A DNA stretch of 64,000 bases, from NCBI GenBank assembly GCA_041750285.1, contig JBGSZS010000018.1:192001-256000 (forward strand), read 5' to 3'. The notes below the pieces were generated by a model. The model saw nothing but the letters and a program-made list of their open reading frames with translations, was not told the origin of the DNA and made no database searches. Numbering within the stretch: the first letter of the stretch is position 1; the number at the start of each line of letters is the position of its first letter. The DNA is from Candidatus Fermentibacteraceae bacterium (lineage in GTDB: Bacteria > Fermentibacterota > Fermentibacteria > Fermentibacterales > JCC-6). A program made the translations under genes and the position numbers. Below, one piece after another: positions 1 to 8,808 of this stretch.

Positions 1-1
1 G

Positions 2-1489
2 GTCTACCTCCGCGTGATACAAAGGGTACTGGCAGAGGGACGTCAGGCGCTTGTACTGGTTCCCGAGATCAGCCTCACTCCGCAGCTTGTGAACAGGTTC
101 AACTCCAGGTTCCCGGGAAAGGTCGCGATCCTTCACAGCGGACTGTCCCGGGGTGAGCGTCTGGACGCATGGAACATGGTCCGCCGGGGCCTGCGTCCGA
201 TAGTCATCGGGGCGCGAAGCGCCCTTTTCGCGCCACTTCCGGCGCCCGGGGTGATAGTGGTGGACGAGGAGCACGACGGAAGCTACAAACAGGGGGAGCT
301 TCCCTTCTACAACGCCCGGGACATGGCGGTGCTACTAGGCTCGATGCTCTCCGTGCCTGTCATTCTGGGTTCGGCATCCCCCTCGATGGAGAGTTTTCAG
401 AACGCCTCCACCGGCAGGTACACGCTGCTCTCCCTGCCGGACAGGGTCGGAGGGGCGGCGCTTCCCGTGATCAGGCTCGTGGATACGCGGGACATGGAAA
501 ACAGGCTTGTGACCGACACGCTTCTCTCCGCCATAGGAAAGCACACAAGCCGGGGTGGACAGGTGATCCTGCTAGTGAACCGTCGAGGCCATTCCCCCAT
601 TCAGATGTGCTTCCACTGCGGTCATACCGAAAAATGCCCCCATTGCGGCATAGCAATGACCTACCACAAGCGGGGCGAGTTGCTCAAGTGTCATCACTGC
701 TCGAACTGGAAAGCGGCGGGGGGGGCCTGCCCCGAATGCGGGTCAGGGAGGTTCGTCAGAACGGGTCCCGGCATACAGAAGGTGGAGGAGGTCCTGGCGA
801 AGCAGCTCCCCGGAACCAGGGTGCTTCGGATGGACACTGACACGACACGGGGAAAGTCCTCCCACAGAAGGATACTCGACAGGTTCAGACATGGCGGGGC
901 CGACGTTCTCCTGGGCACCCAGATGGTTGCGAAGGGGCACGACTTTCCCAACGTGACCCTGGTGGGGGTGGTCAATGCGGAGATGGGGCTGTCCCTGCCC
1001 GATTTCCGAAGCGCCGAAAGGGTGTTCTCCCTTCTTCTGCAGGCGGCGGGAAGGGCTGGCAGGGGGAACTCTCCCGGCGAGGTCCTCATTCAGACGGGAT
1101 GTCCGGACGAGCCCGCCATAAGTTCGGCATGCATCCATGACTATTCAGGCTTTGCAAAGGGAGAGCTTCTGGTCAGGAAAGCGCTTGCCCTTCCGCCCTT
1201 CACCCGCATGCTGAGGCTTCTGCTTTCGGGTCCGGACGGCACAAAGGTCGAAACTGCAGCGTTGCGGGTCGGTGAGGCCGTGATGTCATCGGGCGGGGTG
1301 GAGGTGCGGGGACCATGTCCCGCGGCCCTTCCCCGCATCGGAGACCGGTTCCGGTGGAGCATTCTGATCACTGCAACCGGCCACAGGGCCGTTGCCGCTG
1401 CCGTGAAGCACGCCGGGGATGCATTTTCGACGGAAAGCCACGGGGGCGTGCGGATGACAGTTGATGTGGACCCTCAGGACATGCTCTAA
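2..1489 (+). CDS. priA: Primosomal protein N' (5' end lies outside the window)
   Basis: LVPEISLTPQ, VDEEHD (DExH), Cys-rich Zn region (CFHC..CPHC..CHHC..CPEC), GTQMVAKGHDF, QAAGRAGR. The frame is open from position 2. Confidence 0.97.
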   Translation, partial: VYLRVIQRVLAEGRQALVLVPEISLTPQLVNRFNSRFPGKVAILHSGLSRGERLDAWNMVRRGLRPIVIGARSALFAPLPAPGVIVVDEEHDGSYKQGELPFYNARDMAVLLGSMLSVPVILGSASPSMESFQNASTGRYTLLSLPDRVGGAALPVIRLVDTRDMENRLVTDTLLSAIGKHTSRGGQVILLVNRRGHSPIQMCFHCGHTEKCPHCGIAMTYHKRGELLKCHHCSNWKAAGGACPECGSGRFVRTGPGIQKVEEVLAKQLPGTRVLRMDTDTTRGKSSHRRILDRFRHGGADVLLGTQMVAKGHDFPNVTLVGVVNAEMGLSLPDFRSAERVFSLLLQAAGRAGRGNSPGEVLIQTGCPDEPAISSACIHDYSGFAKGELLVRKALALPPFTRMLRLLLSGPDGTKVETAALRVGEAVMSSGGVEVRGPCPAALPRIGDRFRWSILITATGHRAVAAAVKHAGDAFSTESHGGVRMTVDVDPQDML

Positions 1490-2244
1490 TCGGGCTCGAA
1501 ACCGGAGAACAGGTTGTCCGATCCTCCCGTGCCGAGTGCTGAGACGAATCCGCAGATCTCGCCGAAGAGTTCAGCGTTACCCGGCCTGAGGGAACCCATG
1601 GCATCCTTCAGCATGGTCTCGGCCTCATGCTTCCCGTCATTCGAGGGGGCGAGTTGAAGCATGGCGGCGGCTTTTCCCGTCTCCATGCCCGCAAGCGCGG
1701 CGGTTTCTGCCGAATGGGACGGCGCACCCGACGCAACCGCGCCCATCCTGGCCGCAAGACCGGCAAGCCTTCCCGCCCATCGTCCAGTCATGTCGGCATG
1801 CCTGCCGAAGCTCATTGCATCCAGCATCTCCGAAGCGCTCTTGAGGAGAAGGTCGGCAAGGACAAGGGAACCAGGGGCATCGAGCCTGCAGATGACCTTC
1901 ACGGCCAGCGGAAGAAGGGCATCGCCGGCAAGGATCCGGCCTGCCTCGGGTGGCCCTCCCGCGTCGTAGTCTTCCAGCCACGGCAAGCTTACCCCTACCG
2001 CAGGCACCCCGTGCGATGCCGTTGCCCCCGCCAGAAGGAGCACAGCTGCCGAGACAGGCAGCCCCTTCCCCGCTGGAGCGCCGCACCACTGTGCCGAAGC
2101 GCAGGACAGCAGGGAAAGATGCCAGAGCTGGCGGAAGGGGACGGCTTCGATCAGCCTGTTCTCCCAGACCGGCGGAAGACCACGGGTCTCTTCACTCACG
2201 GCTTCTGCTATCAGTGCTGACAGCCTTTCCTTAAGCGCCCTCAC
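1486..2244 (-). CDS. Polyprenyl-synthetase-like protein, degenerate (no DDxxD motifs)
   Basis: ILAGDALLPLA resembles the IspA/GGPPS 'AILAGDALL' segment; all-helical. Start overlaps the cdaA 3' end. Confidence 0.5.
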   Translation of the reverse strand: MRALKERLSALIAEAVSEETRGLPPVWENRLIEAVPFRQLWHLSLLSCASAQWCGAPAGKGLPVSAAVLLLAGATASHGVPAVGVSLPWLEDYDAGGPPEAGRILAGDALLPLAVKVICRLDAPGSLVLADLLLKSASEMLDAMSFGRHADMTGRWAGRLAGLAARMGAVASGAPSHSAETAALAGMETGKAAAMLQLAPSNDGKHEAETMLKDAMGSLRPGNAELFGEICGFVSALGTGGSDNLFSGFEPD

Positions 2245-3046
2245 GCTCGCCCTTCCTTCCGCTCTGGTTCGGGTAGAAGGAGTTGTAGAGCCGCCTTTTC
2301 AGACCCCTGTCGCTGAGAGACGGTGAAAGCACGCCCTTGGTGGCAAGCCTGCATGCGCCGGTCTCCTCGCTTACGAGAACGGCTATGGCGTCGGTCCGCT
2401 CACTTATCCCGAGACCGGCGCGGTGCCTGCCGCCAAAACCCTCAAGACCCACGTGCATGGGCAGGAAAGCGTGCGCCATGACGATCCTTTTGTCTCGTAT
2501 GACCACTGCGCCGTCGTGAAGGGGGCCGGGGGAGGTCAGTATAGCCTCGACGAGTATGGGAACGAACTCGATCCCGGGAAGAGGGTGGTAGTCGCTGCAG
2601 AACCGGGTCAGGTCCTCGTCCCTCTCTATGACGATCAGCGCGCCCATTCGCTTTCGGCTCAACGTGGCGCACGTTATGACGAGGTTCTCGATGAAGACGT
2701 CCTGTATCTGACCCGGCTTGCTCCTGTTCAGGAACTCCATCTCCTGAAGCCAGCGGCCAAGCCTGCTGAGAAGGTCTTTGATCTCTTCGTGGAAGATCAC
2801 TATCAGTGCCACCGGAAGTATCTTGGCAGCCTCCTCGAGGATCCTGCCCATGGCATGGAAGCGTATCTGCTGAAGTACGATCGCCAGTATCACGAAGCCG
2901 GCAACCGCTATCACCACCCTCATGGCGGGCTGGTTCCAGATGGATCTCAGAAGGAACCAGACAATCACCGAAAGGAAGAACACATCCAGCAGCTGAGTGA
3001 GCCAGAAGAAGCTCAGGATGGGGTGTCCAAGAAGGTTGAAACTCAC
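2231..3046 (-). CDS. cdaA: Diadenylate cyclase CdaA/DacA (membrane-anchored DisA_N)
   Basis: N-terminal TM helices, GALIVIER, HDGA and RHR catalytic motifs, VSEETG. GTG start overlaps the folP stop (GTGA). Confidence 0.93.
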   Translation of the reverse strand: MSFNLLGHPILSFFWLTQLLDVFFLSVIVWFLLRSIWNQPAMRVVIAVAGFVILAIVLQQIRFHAMGRILEEAAKILPVALIVIFHEEIKDLLSRLGRWLQEMEFLNRSKPGQIQDVFIENLVITCATLSRKRMGALIVIERDEDLTRFCSDYHPLPGIEFVPILVEAILTSPGPLHDGAVVIRDKRIVMAHAFLPMHVGLEGFGGRHRAGLGISERTDAIAVLVSEETGACRLATKGVLSPSLSDRGLKRRLYNSFYPNQSGRKGEREGA

Positions 3047-4242
3047 GGATCCATCCCCTCGAGTGCTGCAGACACGGCATCCGAGCACTGCTTGACGTTG
3101 TGTACCCGCAGGATGTCCACCCTGTCGGCGGAAAGCGCCGAGACGAGAGCTGAGACGGCATCGCGCCGGGCAGGTTCGGTCTCGCCGCTCAACAGACCCA
3201 GGAAGCTCTTGCGGGAGTGGCCAAGGACCACCCGGCAACCGGTGACCCTCCTGAGCCATGGAGCCGAGTTGATGAGCCCGAGGTTGTCCCAGGGGCGTTT
3301 GCCGAAGCCAATTCCTGGATCCACCATTATCCTGCCCCGTTCGACCCCGGCTTCGACCAGAGCGTTCACCCTGTTCAGAAGGTAGAGGGCGACCTCGGAC
3401 GGAGCGTGGGAGTACCGGGGATCCTGCTGCATTGTTTCGGGAACGCCCCTCATGTGCATCAGGATCACTCCCGCTCCCGTTTCCGCGGCGAGCTCGGCCA
3501 TTCCGGGGGTTTCCATGCCATTGATGGAGTTGATGATACGCGCCCCGGCGGCGATCGCGGCCCTGGCAACGCCGGTATCGACCGTGTCGACGCTGATGGG
3601 AACGTCCGATGCCCGGCTGATGCCTCTGATGACCGGAAGGACCCTTTCGAGCTGCTCATCCCGTGATGCGGGAAGGGCACCGGGTCTTGTGGATTCTCCT
3701 CCCACATCGATTATCGACGCACCCTGGTCATGCATTTCAAGAGCGTGTTCGACTGCTTTGGCGGGGTCCCGCCACTTTCCGCCGTCACTGAATGAATCGG
3801 GCGTGCAGTTCAATACTCCCATGAAAAGAGGCCGTGAACCGAACGCCAGTGTTCTGTCGCCGAGGACCAGCGTATCGGGGGCGTCGGGAACCTGAAGGAA
3901 ACAGAGGATCTCGTCGGCGATCGGGTCCAGACCGAAGGGCTGTCCCCTCAGGGAATCACACCCGGCCCTGATGTTCTTCGGGGAACCGTAGACCAGCACA
4001 GCGCTCTCCGCGACGCCACAGGTCAGAACGAGCCTGTGGACGAGGGCATCGGCACCGGCGGCCAGCATTGCCTGTTTGAGGATCGAGGCGGCGGGAGACC
4101 GGACCGGTCCGGTCAGAAGCGCCACGACGTCGGATCTTTCCCTTACGCGAAGCCACGCCTCGGGGTCGCAGCCCAGTCCTTCCATCGCCTTCCGCCAGTG
4201 CCCGGGGTTTTCAAGAAGAACGGGGCGGACCTGTTGCATCAC
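3043..4242 (-). CDS. folP: Dihydropteroate synthase with N-terminal extension
   Basis: MGVLNCTPDSFSDGG, DVGGESTRPGA, DPGIGFGK, SRKSF, RVHNV. Confidence 0.96.
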   Translation of the reverse strand: MMQQVRPVLLENPGHWRKAMEGLGCDPEAWLRVRERSDVVALLTGPVRSPAASILKQAMLAAGADALVHRLVLTCGVAESAVLVYGSPKNIRAGCDSLRGQPFGLDPIADEILCFLQVPDAPDTLVLGDRTLAFGSRPLFMGVLNCTPDSFSDGGKWRDPAKAVEHALEMHDQGASIIDVGGESTRPGALPASRDEQLERVLPVIRGISRASDVPISVDTVDTGVARAAIAAGARIINSINGMETPGMAELAAETGAGVILMHMRGVPETMQQDPRYSHAPSEVALYLLNRVNALVEAGVERGRIMVDPGIGFGKRPWDNLGLINSAPWLRRVTGCRVVLGHSRKSFLGLLSGETEPARRDAVSALVSALSADRVDILRVHNVKQCSDAVSAALEGMDP

Positions 4243-4820
4243 GTTCCCCGTGTTCTCCTGCCGATGAGGGACAGTGCTTCGCTCCTGGTCTCCGGTCTGC
4301 GAAGATGACCCCGCATGGCGCTTGTTACTATCCGGGAATCCCGCTTCTTGACCCCCCTCATGGCAAGGCACATGTGCTCGGCTTCCATGACCACCATGAC
4401 CCCCTTGGCGCCTATTTCGGTCATCAGGGTGTCGGCTATCTCAGTGGTGAGCCTCTCCTGGATGGTGGGTCTTGCAGAAAGGGTTTCCACGAGTTGAACG
4501 ATCGAACCGAGGCCCGCGATCCTGTCGTCCGCCGGAATGTATACGACGTCGCAGCGGCCCAGAAAAGGAAGGAGATGGTGCTCGCACAGGGAGGCAAAGC
4601 TTATGTCCTTCACTATTATCATCTCGTTCTGGTCAGCGACGCACATTGTGGAAATGGGTTTTCTGGCCCCTCCCACAAGCCCCCGGCAAAGCTCGGTCAT
4701 GGACTGGGCAACCCTGGCCGGTGTGTCTTTCAGACCGGGCCGGTCAGGGTCCTCACCTATGCCCTCGAGCAGGAGGCGGACGCCTTCAGCTATCTTCTTC
4801 GGATCCTGCATCGCCTGCAT
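4239..4820 (-). CDS. folE: GTP cyclohydrolase I
   Basis: [35 protein letters not shown]. Confidence 0.96.
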   Translation of the reverse strand: MQAMQDPKKIAEGVRLLLEGIGEDPDRPGLKDTPARVAQSMTELCRGLVGGARKPISTMCVADQNEMIIVKDISFASLCEHHLLPFLGRCDVVYIPADDRIAGLGSIVQLVETLSARPTIQERLTTEIADTLMTEIGAKGVMVVMEAEHMCLAMRGVKKRDSRIVTSAMRGHLRRPETRSEALSLIGRRTRGT

Positions 4821-6735
4821 CGCCTTCCGGTTCCTTCGGTTCAAGGTCCAGCCCGGGGTACACCATTCCCGGCCTGAGTTCGGCAAAAAGCACACCGATC
4901 TCCTCCGCACCCAGGGTTTCCTTCTCGAGGAGCAGCACGGTCAACCTTTCCACGATGTCGCGGTTTTCTTCGAGGATCTTCTCGGCCTTCAGGTACGCTT
5001 CGTCAAGGAGTCTTTTGACCTCCGCGTCGACCAGGCGCGCCGTGTCCTCACTGAAGTCCTTGATCCGGGTCATGTCCCTTCCCAGAAAGATGGGGCCGGT
5101 CTGCTCATGAAGGACGACGGGACCCAGAACAGGGCTCATGCCCCATTCGCAAACCATCCTTCTGGCAAGGTCGGTTGCCTGCATCAGGTCGTTCCCGGCG
5201 CCGGTGCTCCTTGTGTTCAGGAAGATGCTTTCCGCAGCCCTGCCGCCCATGGCCCTTGCAAGCATGCTGAGCAGGAACTCGAAGGAATAGTTGTGCCTGT
5301 CGTCGCGGGGAAGGAAACTGGTCAGACCCAGCGCCCTGTCACGGGGGACTATGGTGACCTTGTGGACGGGGTCCGAGTGTGGGACGAAGATGTTGACGAT
5401 GGCGTGGCCGCTTTCGTGGTAAGCGGTCAGCTCCTTTTCCTCGGCGTTCATGACAAGTGTGTGCCGTTCGACACCCATCAGGATCCGGTCTGCCGCGTAT
5501 TCAAAGTCGGCCTGGTGGATGGTCTTGACGCCACGCCTGGCCGCCTTGAGGGCGGCTTCGTTGGCAAGGCTCTCGAGGTCGGCCCCGCTGAACCCTGGTG
5601 TCCTGCGGGCTATCTTCTCGAGTTCCACGTCCTTGTCCAGGGGCTTCTTCGCGGTGTGCACCCCAAGGATCGCGGTGCGGCCCTTTATATCAGGAAGGTT
5701 CACCACGACCCGGCGGTCGAACCTGCCGGGTCTGAGAAGCGCGGGGTCGAGTACGTCGGGCCGGTTCGTTGCCGCCATGACGATGACGGCCTGGTTGGAC
5801 TCGAAACCGTCCATTTCCACGAGCAGTGCGTTGAGGGTCTGCTCGCGTTCGTCATGCCCGCCCCCGAGCCCGGACCCCCTGTGCCTTCCCACCGCATCGA
5901 TCTCATCGATGAAGATGATGGCGGGAGACTTCGCCTTGGCCTGCACGAAGAGGTCGCGAACCCTGCTGGCGCCGACGCCGACGAACATCTCCACGAAATC
6001 GCTTCCGCTCAGTGAGAAGAACGGGACCTTCGCCTCACCTGCAACAGCCCTGGCCAGAAGCGTTTTACCCGTGCCGGGGGAACCCATCAGGATCACTCCC
6101 CTTGGCACCTTTCCGCCCAGCCTCTGGAACTTCGCGGGTTCCCTGAGGAACTCGACTATCTCCTCCAGTTCGAGTTTGGCCTCGTCGCAACCCGCCACAT
6201 CCTCGAATGTGGTCTTGGGCCGGTCGGCGCCCACTGCCCTGGCGCGGCTCTTTCCGAAGCTGAAGACCTTGCCGCCTCCCATGGCGTTCCGCATGATGAA
6301 AAGCCAGAACACGAGCAGCAGCAGCATGGGACCAAGGTTGAAGAGGAACGTGAAGAAATCGACCTTGGGCGGCTTCCCCTCCACCATCACCCCGCTTCCG
6401 GTCAGGGCCGCGATGGCGGCCTGGTCCTCGAAGGGGATGAAACTCTTGAATTTCAGGTATTCCACGCCTTCGACGGTCTGCGGTGAGCGGAATTCGCCTT
6501 CGACCAGGCCTCCGGTGTAGAGGATGGCTGATCTGACGCTTCCCCTTTCGGAAAAGTTCATGAGCTGCGAATAGGTGATGTCCGCCGTATCGCTGCCGCG
6601 ATTCATCACGAATACGAGGGCGTACGCCATCAGACCAAGCAGCAGCCAGAGTGTCAGGGTTTTCAGGGAGCATCCCGCAATGGGCGGCGGCTGGTTGTCG
6701 TCCGGTTTCTTTCCGTTCCCTCGGTTTATATCCAT
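4786..6735 (-). CDS. ftsH: ATP-dependent zinc metalloprotease FtsH
   Basis: Two TM helices, Walker [27 protein letters not shown] zinc motif. Confidence 0.98.
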   Translation of the reverse strand: MDINRGNGKKPDDNQPPPIAGCSLKTLTLWLLLGLMAYALVFVMNRGSDTADITYSQLMNFSERGSVRSAILYTGGLVEGEFRSPQTVEGVEYLKFKSFIPFEDQAAIAALTGSGVMVEGKPPKVDFFTFLFNLGPMLLLLVFWLFIMRNAMGGGKVFSFGKSRARAVGADRPKTTFEDVAGCDEAKLELEEIVEFLREPAKFQRLGGKVPRGVILMGSPGTGKTLLARAVAGEAKVPFFSLSGSDFVEMFVGVGASRVRDLFVQAKAKSPAIIFIDEIDAVGRHRGSGLGGGHDEREQTLNALLVEMDGFESNQAVIVMAATNRPDVLDPALLRPGRFDRRVVVNLPDIKGRTAILGVHTAKKPLDKDVELEKIARRTPGFSGADLESLANEAALKAARRGVKTIHQADFEYAADRILMGVERHTLVMNAEEKELTAYHESGHAIVNIFVPHSDPVHKVTIVPRDRALGLTSFLPRDDRHNYSFEFLLSMLARAMGGRAAESIFLNTRSTGAGNDLMQATDLARRMVCEWGMSPVLGPVVLHEQTGPIFLGRDMTRIKDFSEDTARLVDAEVKRLLDEAYLKAEKILEENRDIVERLTVLLLEKETLGAEEIGVLFAELRPGMVYPGLDLEPKEPEGDAGDAGSEEDS

Positions 6736-6745
6736 CAGGGACCTT

Positions 6746-7255
6746 TCATTGAAGAACAGCCACGTATGGCAGATTTCGGTACAGCCCACCCGGGCCGTCC
6801 AGGCCGTAGCCCACTACAAAACGGTCAGGGATCTCAAAGAGAGCCCTGAAAAGCTCGACCGTCACCCGCCTCCTTGATGGTTTGTCGAGAAGCGCAACCG
6901 TACGAAGGTTGGCAGGTGATCTTGACATGATCAATTTTTGAATATACGCCAGCGTAAGGCCTGTGTCTACGATATCCTCGACGAGCAGAACCTGTTTCCC
7001 GGCCAGGGGAATGGTTGTGTCATGGGTCACCCTGACCTCCCCCGAAGAAACGGTGCTGGCCCCGTAACTGGCGGCGCCGATGAAATCGACGGTGACACTG
7101 CATGTCATCGCTCTCACCAGATCGGCGGCAAACACGAAGGATCCCTTCAGCACCGGAAGGACAACCACCTCACTGTCATGGTACATGAGGCTCAGATCAG
7201 AGCCCAGCTGTGCCGTGCGCGTCCTTATCTCTTCGGCGGTTATGAGGGTGTTCAA
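6746..7255 (-). CDS. hpt: Hypoxanthine phosphoribosyltransferase
   Basis: [35 protein letters not shown]. Conserved tilS-hpt-ftsH order. Confidence 0.97.
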   Translation of the reverse strand: MNTLITAEEIRTRTAQLGSDLSLMYHDSEVVVLPVLKGSFVFAADLVRAMTCSVTVDFIGAASYGASTVSSGEVRVTHDTTIPLAGKQVLLVEDIVDTGLTLAYIQKLIMSRSPANLRTVALLDKPSRRRVTVELFRALFEIPDRFVVGYGLDGPGGLYRNLPYVAVLQ

Positions 7256-8172
7256 TCGTACCTGCCTTTTTTTGTCCTGACGCAGAGGACGTCGGAACCG
7301 GCCAGGATCTTCATCCCGCCCGGAAGGATATGCTCTCCGGTGCCGCCGGAGACGATCCAGGAATCGGTTTTGAAGAGCTCATCCGCCCCGGATCTCGGCT
7401 GCCCCGCCAGGGACCACAGAACTGAAAGCCTCATTGCTTCGGGAAGAGCAGCATACTCGGCTCTGGGCATCGGGTTGCATGCGGTGCCTGCAAGAACGGC
7501 CTGAAGGTCCCTCCACGCCGAGAGTACGGCTGACGCCCTGGAAAGGCCGTCTGCAGCCTCCGGGAAGTTCTCCTCAAGCACCGGCATCACCGAAGCCCTC
7601 ATTCTGTTCCTGGGAGTGGACCGGTCCTGGTTCGTGGGATCCTCCCGCCACTGCAGCCGCCGTTCCGACAGGAACTGCCTGACCTGGTCACGGTGGAGAT
7701 CGAGCATGGGTCTCACTACGGGTCCACGACCGCGATAGTCCATGCCTCCAAGTCCCCTGAGACCCGAGCCCTCCACAAGCCTCAACAGAAGCGTTTCCGC
7801 CCTGTCGCTCCTGGTGTGGGCCACGGCCACGATACTGCCGCTTTCGACGTAAAGACTGTGCCTGACATGGCTCCATCCGCTTTCGAGGGATCCGCCGGAC
7901 GCTGCTTCAGGCTTCTCGATCCTGCACGGAATCCCAAGCCTTTCACAGGTTTCCCGCACGAAGGCTGCGTCTTCCCCCGAGGAATCCCGGATTCCGTGAT
8001 CGATGTGAAGGACCCCGATGTTCCAGTGCCTGGCCGGAGCGAACCTGTCCAGAAGGTAAAGCATGGCCATGGAGTCAGCCCCGCCCGAGACCGCAGCGGT
8101 AACGCACGCCCCTTTCGGGATCAGGCCCTCCCGCTTAACGGTGCCAAGAAACACTCCTTCAACTGTGTCCAC
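7252..8172 (-). CDS. tilS: tRNA(Ile)-lysidine synthetase (short form)
   Basis: PP-loop SGGADS, HIDHGIR, AHTRSDRAET, RPML, EDPTN..RN. Confidence 0.93.
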   Translation of the reverse strand: MDTVEGVFLGTVKREGLIPKGACVTAAVSGGADSMAMLYLLDRFAPARHWNIGVLHIDHGIRDSSGEDAAFVRETCERLGIPCRIEKPEAASGGSLESGWSHVRHSLYVESGSIVAVAHTRSDRAETLLLRLVEGSGLRGLGGMDYRGRGPVVRPMLDLHRDQVRQFLSERRLQWREDPTNQDRSTPRNRMRASVMPVLEENFPEAADGLSRASAVLSAWRDLQAVLAGTACNPMPRAEYAALPEAMRLSVLWSLAGQPRSGADELFKTDSWIVSGGTGEHILPGGMKILAGSDVLCVRTKKGRYD

Positions 8173-8185
8173 CCCGCAAATATAT

Positions 8186-8337
8186 GGGGACGGACTAAGA
8201 TTGTTTAGTTTGTGCGCTTAAGGTAATGCGGCACAACATTATGAAAGAACACCAATGCAACACAACTGCTATCCTTATGTATTATCATGGTGGCCATAAT
8301 GTTAGCGCCACAAACTAAACAATCTTAGTCCGTCCCC
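8186..8337. mobile_element. MITE/REPIN-like non-autonomous element with 29-bp perfect terminal inverted repeats
   Basis: 8186-8214 GGGGACGGACTAAGATTGTTTAGTTTGTG is the exact reverse complement of 8309-8337. The interior is AT-rich with a further 9-bp inverted pair (8235-8243/8295-8303). No target-site duplication seen. Confidence 0.65.
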
Positions 8338-8342
8338 CAAAG

Positions 8343-8376
8343 AAAAAAGGCAGCCCGGGGGAAAGGGCTGCCTTTT
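8343..8376 (-). terminator. Intrinsic terminator of tRNA-Met (possibly bidirectional)
   Basis: AAAAGGCAGCCC-loop-GGGCTGCCTTTT hairpin with T tracts on both strands, just 3' of the tRNA. Confidence 0.8.
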
Positions 8377-8381
8377 GCATA

Positions 8382-8457
8382 TGGTAGCGGCGAAGGGACT
8401 TGAACCCCTGACCCGCGGATTATGATTCCGCTGCTCTACCAACTGAGCTACACCGCC
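8382..8457 (-). tRNA. tRNA-Met (CAT), elongator type
   Basis: GGCGGTGTAGCTCAGTTGGTAGAGCAGCGGAATCATAATCCGCGGGTCAGGGGTTCAAGTCCCTTCGCCGCTACCA; full cloverleaf with encoded CCA. Confidence 0.93.
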
Positions 8458-8470
8458 ATCGAGAGCCGGA

Positions 8471-8500
8471 AGAATAGCTACGGAGGGTGATGCATGTCAA
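8471..8500 (-). promoter_or_regulatory. Sigma70-type promoter for tRNA-Met
   Basis: TTGACA-N18-TATTCT, 13 nt upstream of the tRNA. Confidence 0.6.
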
Positions 8501-8808
8501 GAGCTTTCCGGCTCGTCGACAAGCTTCATCTTCCACATCAGCCTGTCGCCCTCGGACAGCTTCCTCAACTTGACCAGAGCAAGAATGACGCACAGCAGAA
8601 ACACTGCGGCAGAGACCCCGAGAAACGCCATAGCGGCGATCAGGGGAACCGGCAGGTAGTACTGAAACCAGAACGCGGCAGCAGCAAGGGCGAAAAGGAT
8701 CAGTGGCAGAATCAGAAGAGTCGCAATGCTCTTCTGTATCCGGCCCCTTTTTTCCATCCAGCGCTGAAACATCTCGGTGCGCTTCACCTGTTCATCTGTC
8801 CCGATCAT
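8497..8808 (-). CDS. Small two-TM membrane protein, hypothetical
   Basis: MIGTDEQ... with two hydrophobic stretches; overlaps the end of the upstream ORF. Confidence 0.7.
   Translation of the reverse strand: MIGTDEQVKRTEMFQRWMEKRGRIQKSIATLLILPLILFALAAAAFWFQYYLPVPLIAAMAFLGVSAAVFLLCVILALVKLRKLSEGDRLMWKMKLVDEPESS

Noticed and set aside
8382..8457. CAT tRNA next to tilS as tRNA-Ile2
   Set aside because: The acceptor stem GGCGGTG is elongator-Met-like and lacks the C4-G69/C5-G68 pairs typical of TilS substrates. Not formally excluded without an isotype model.
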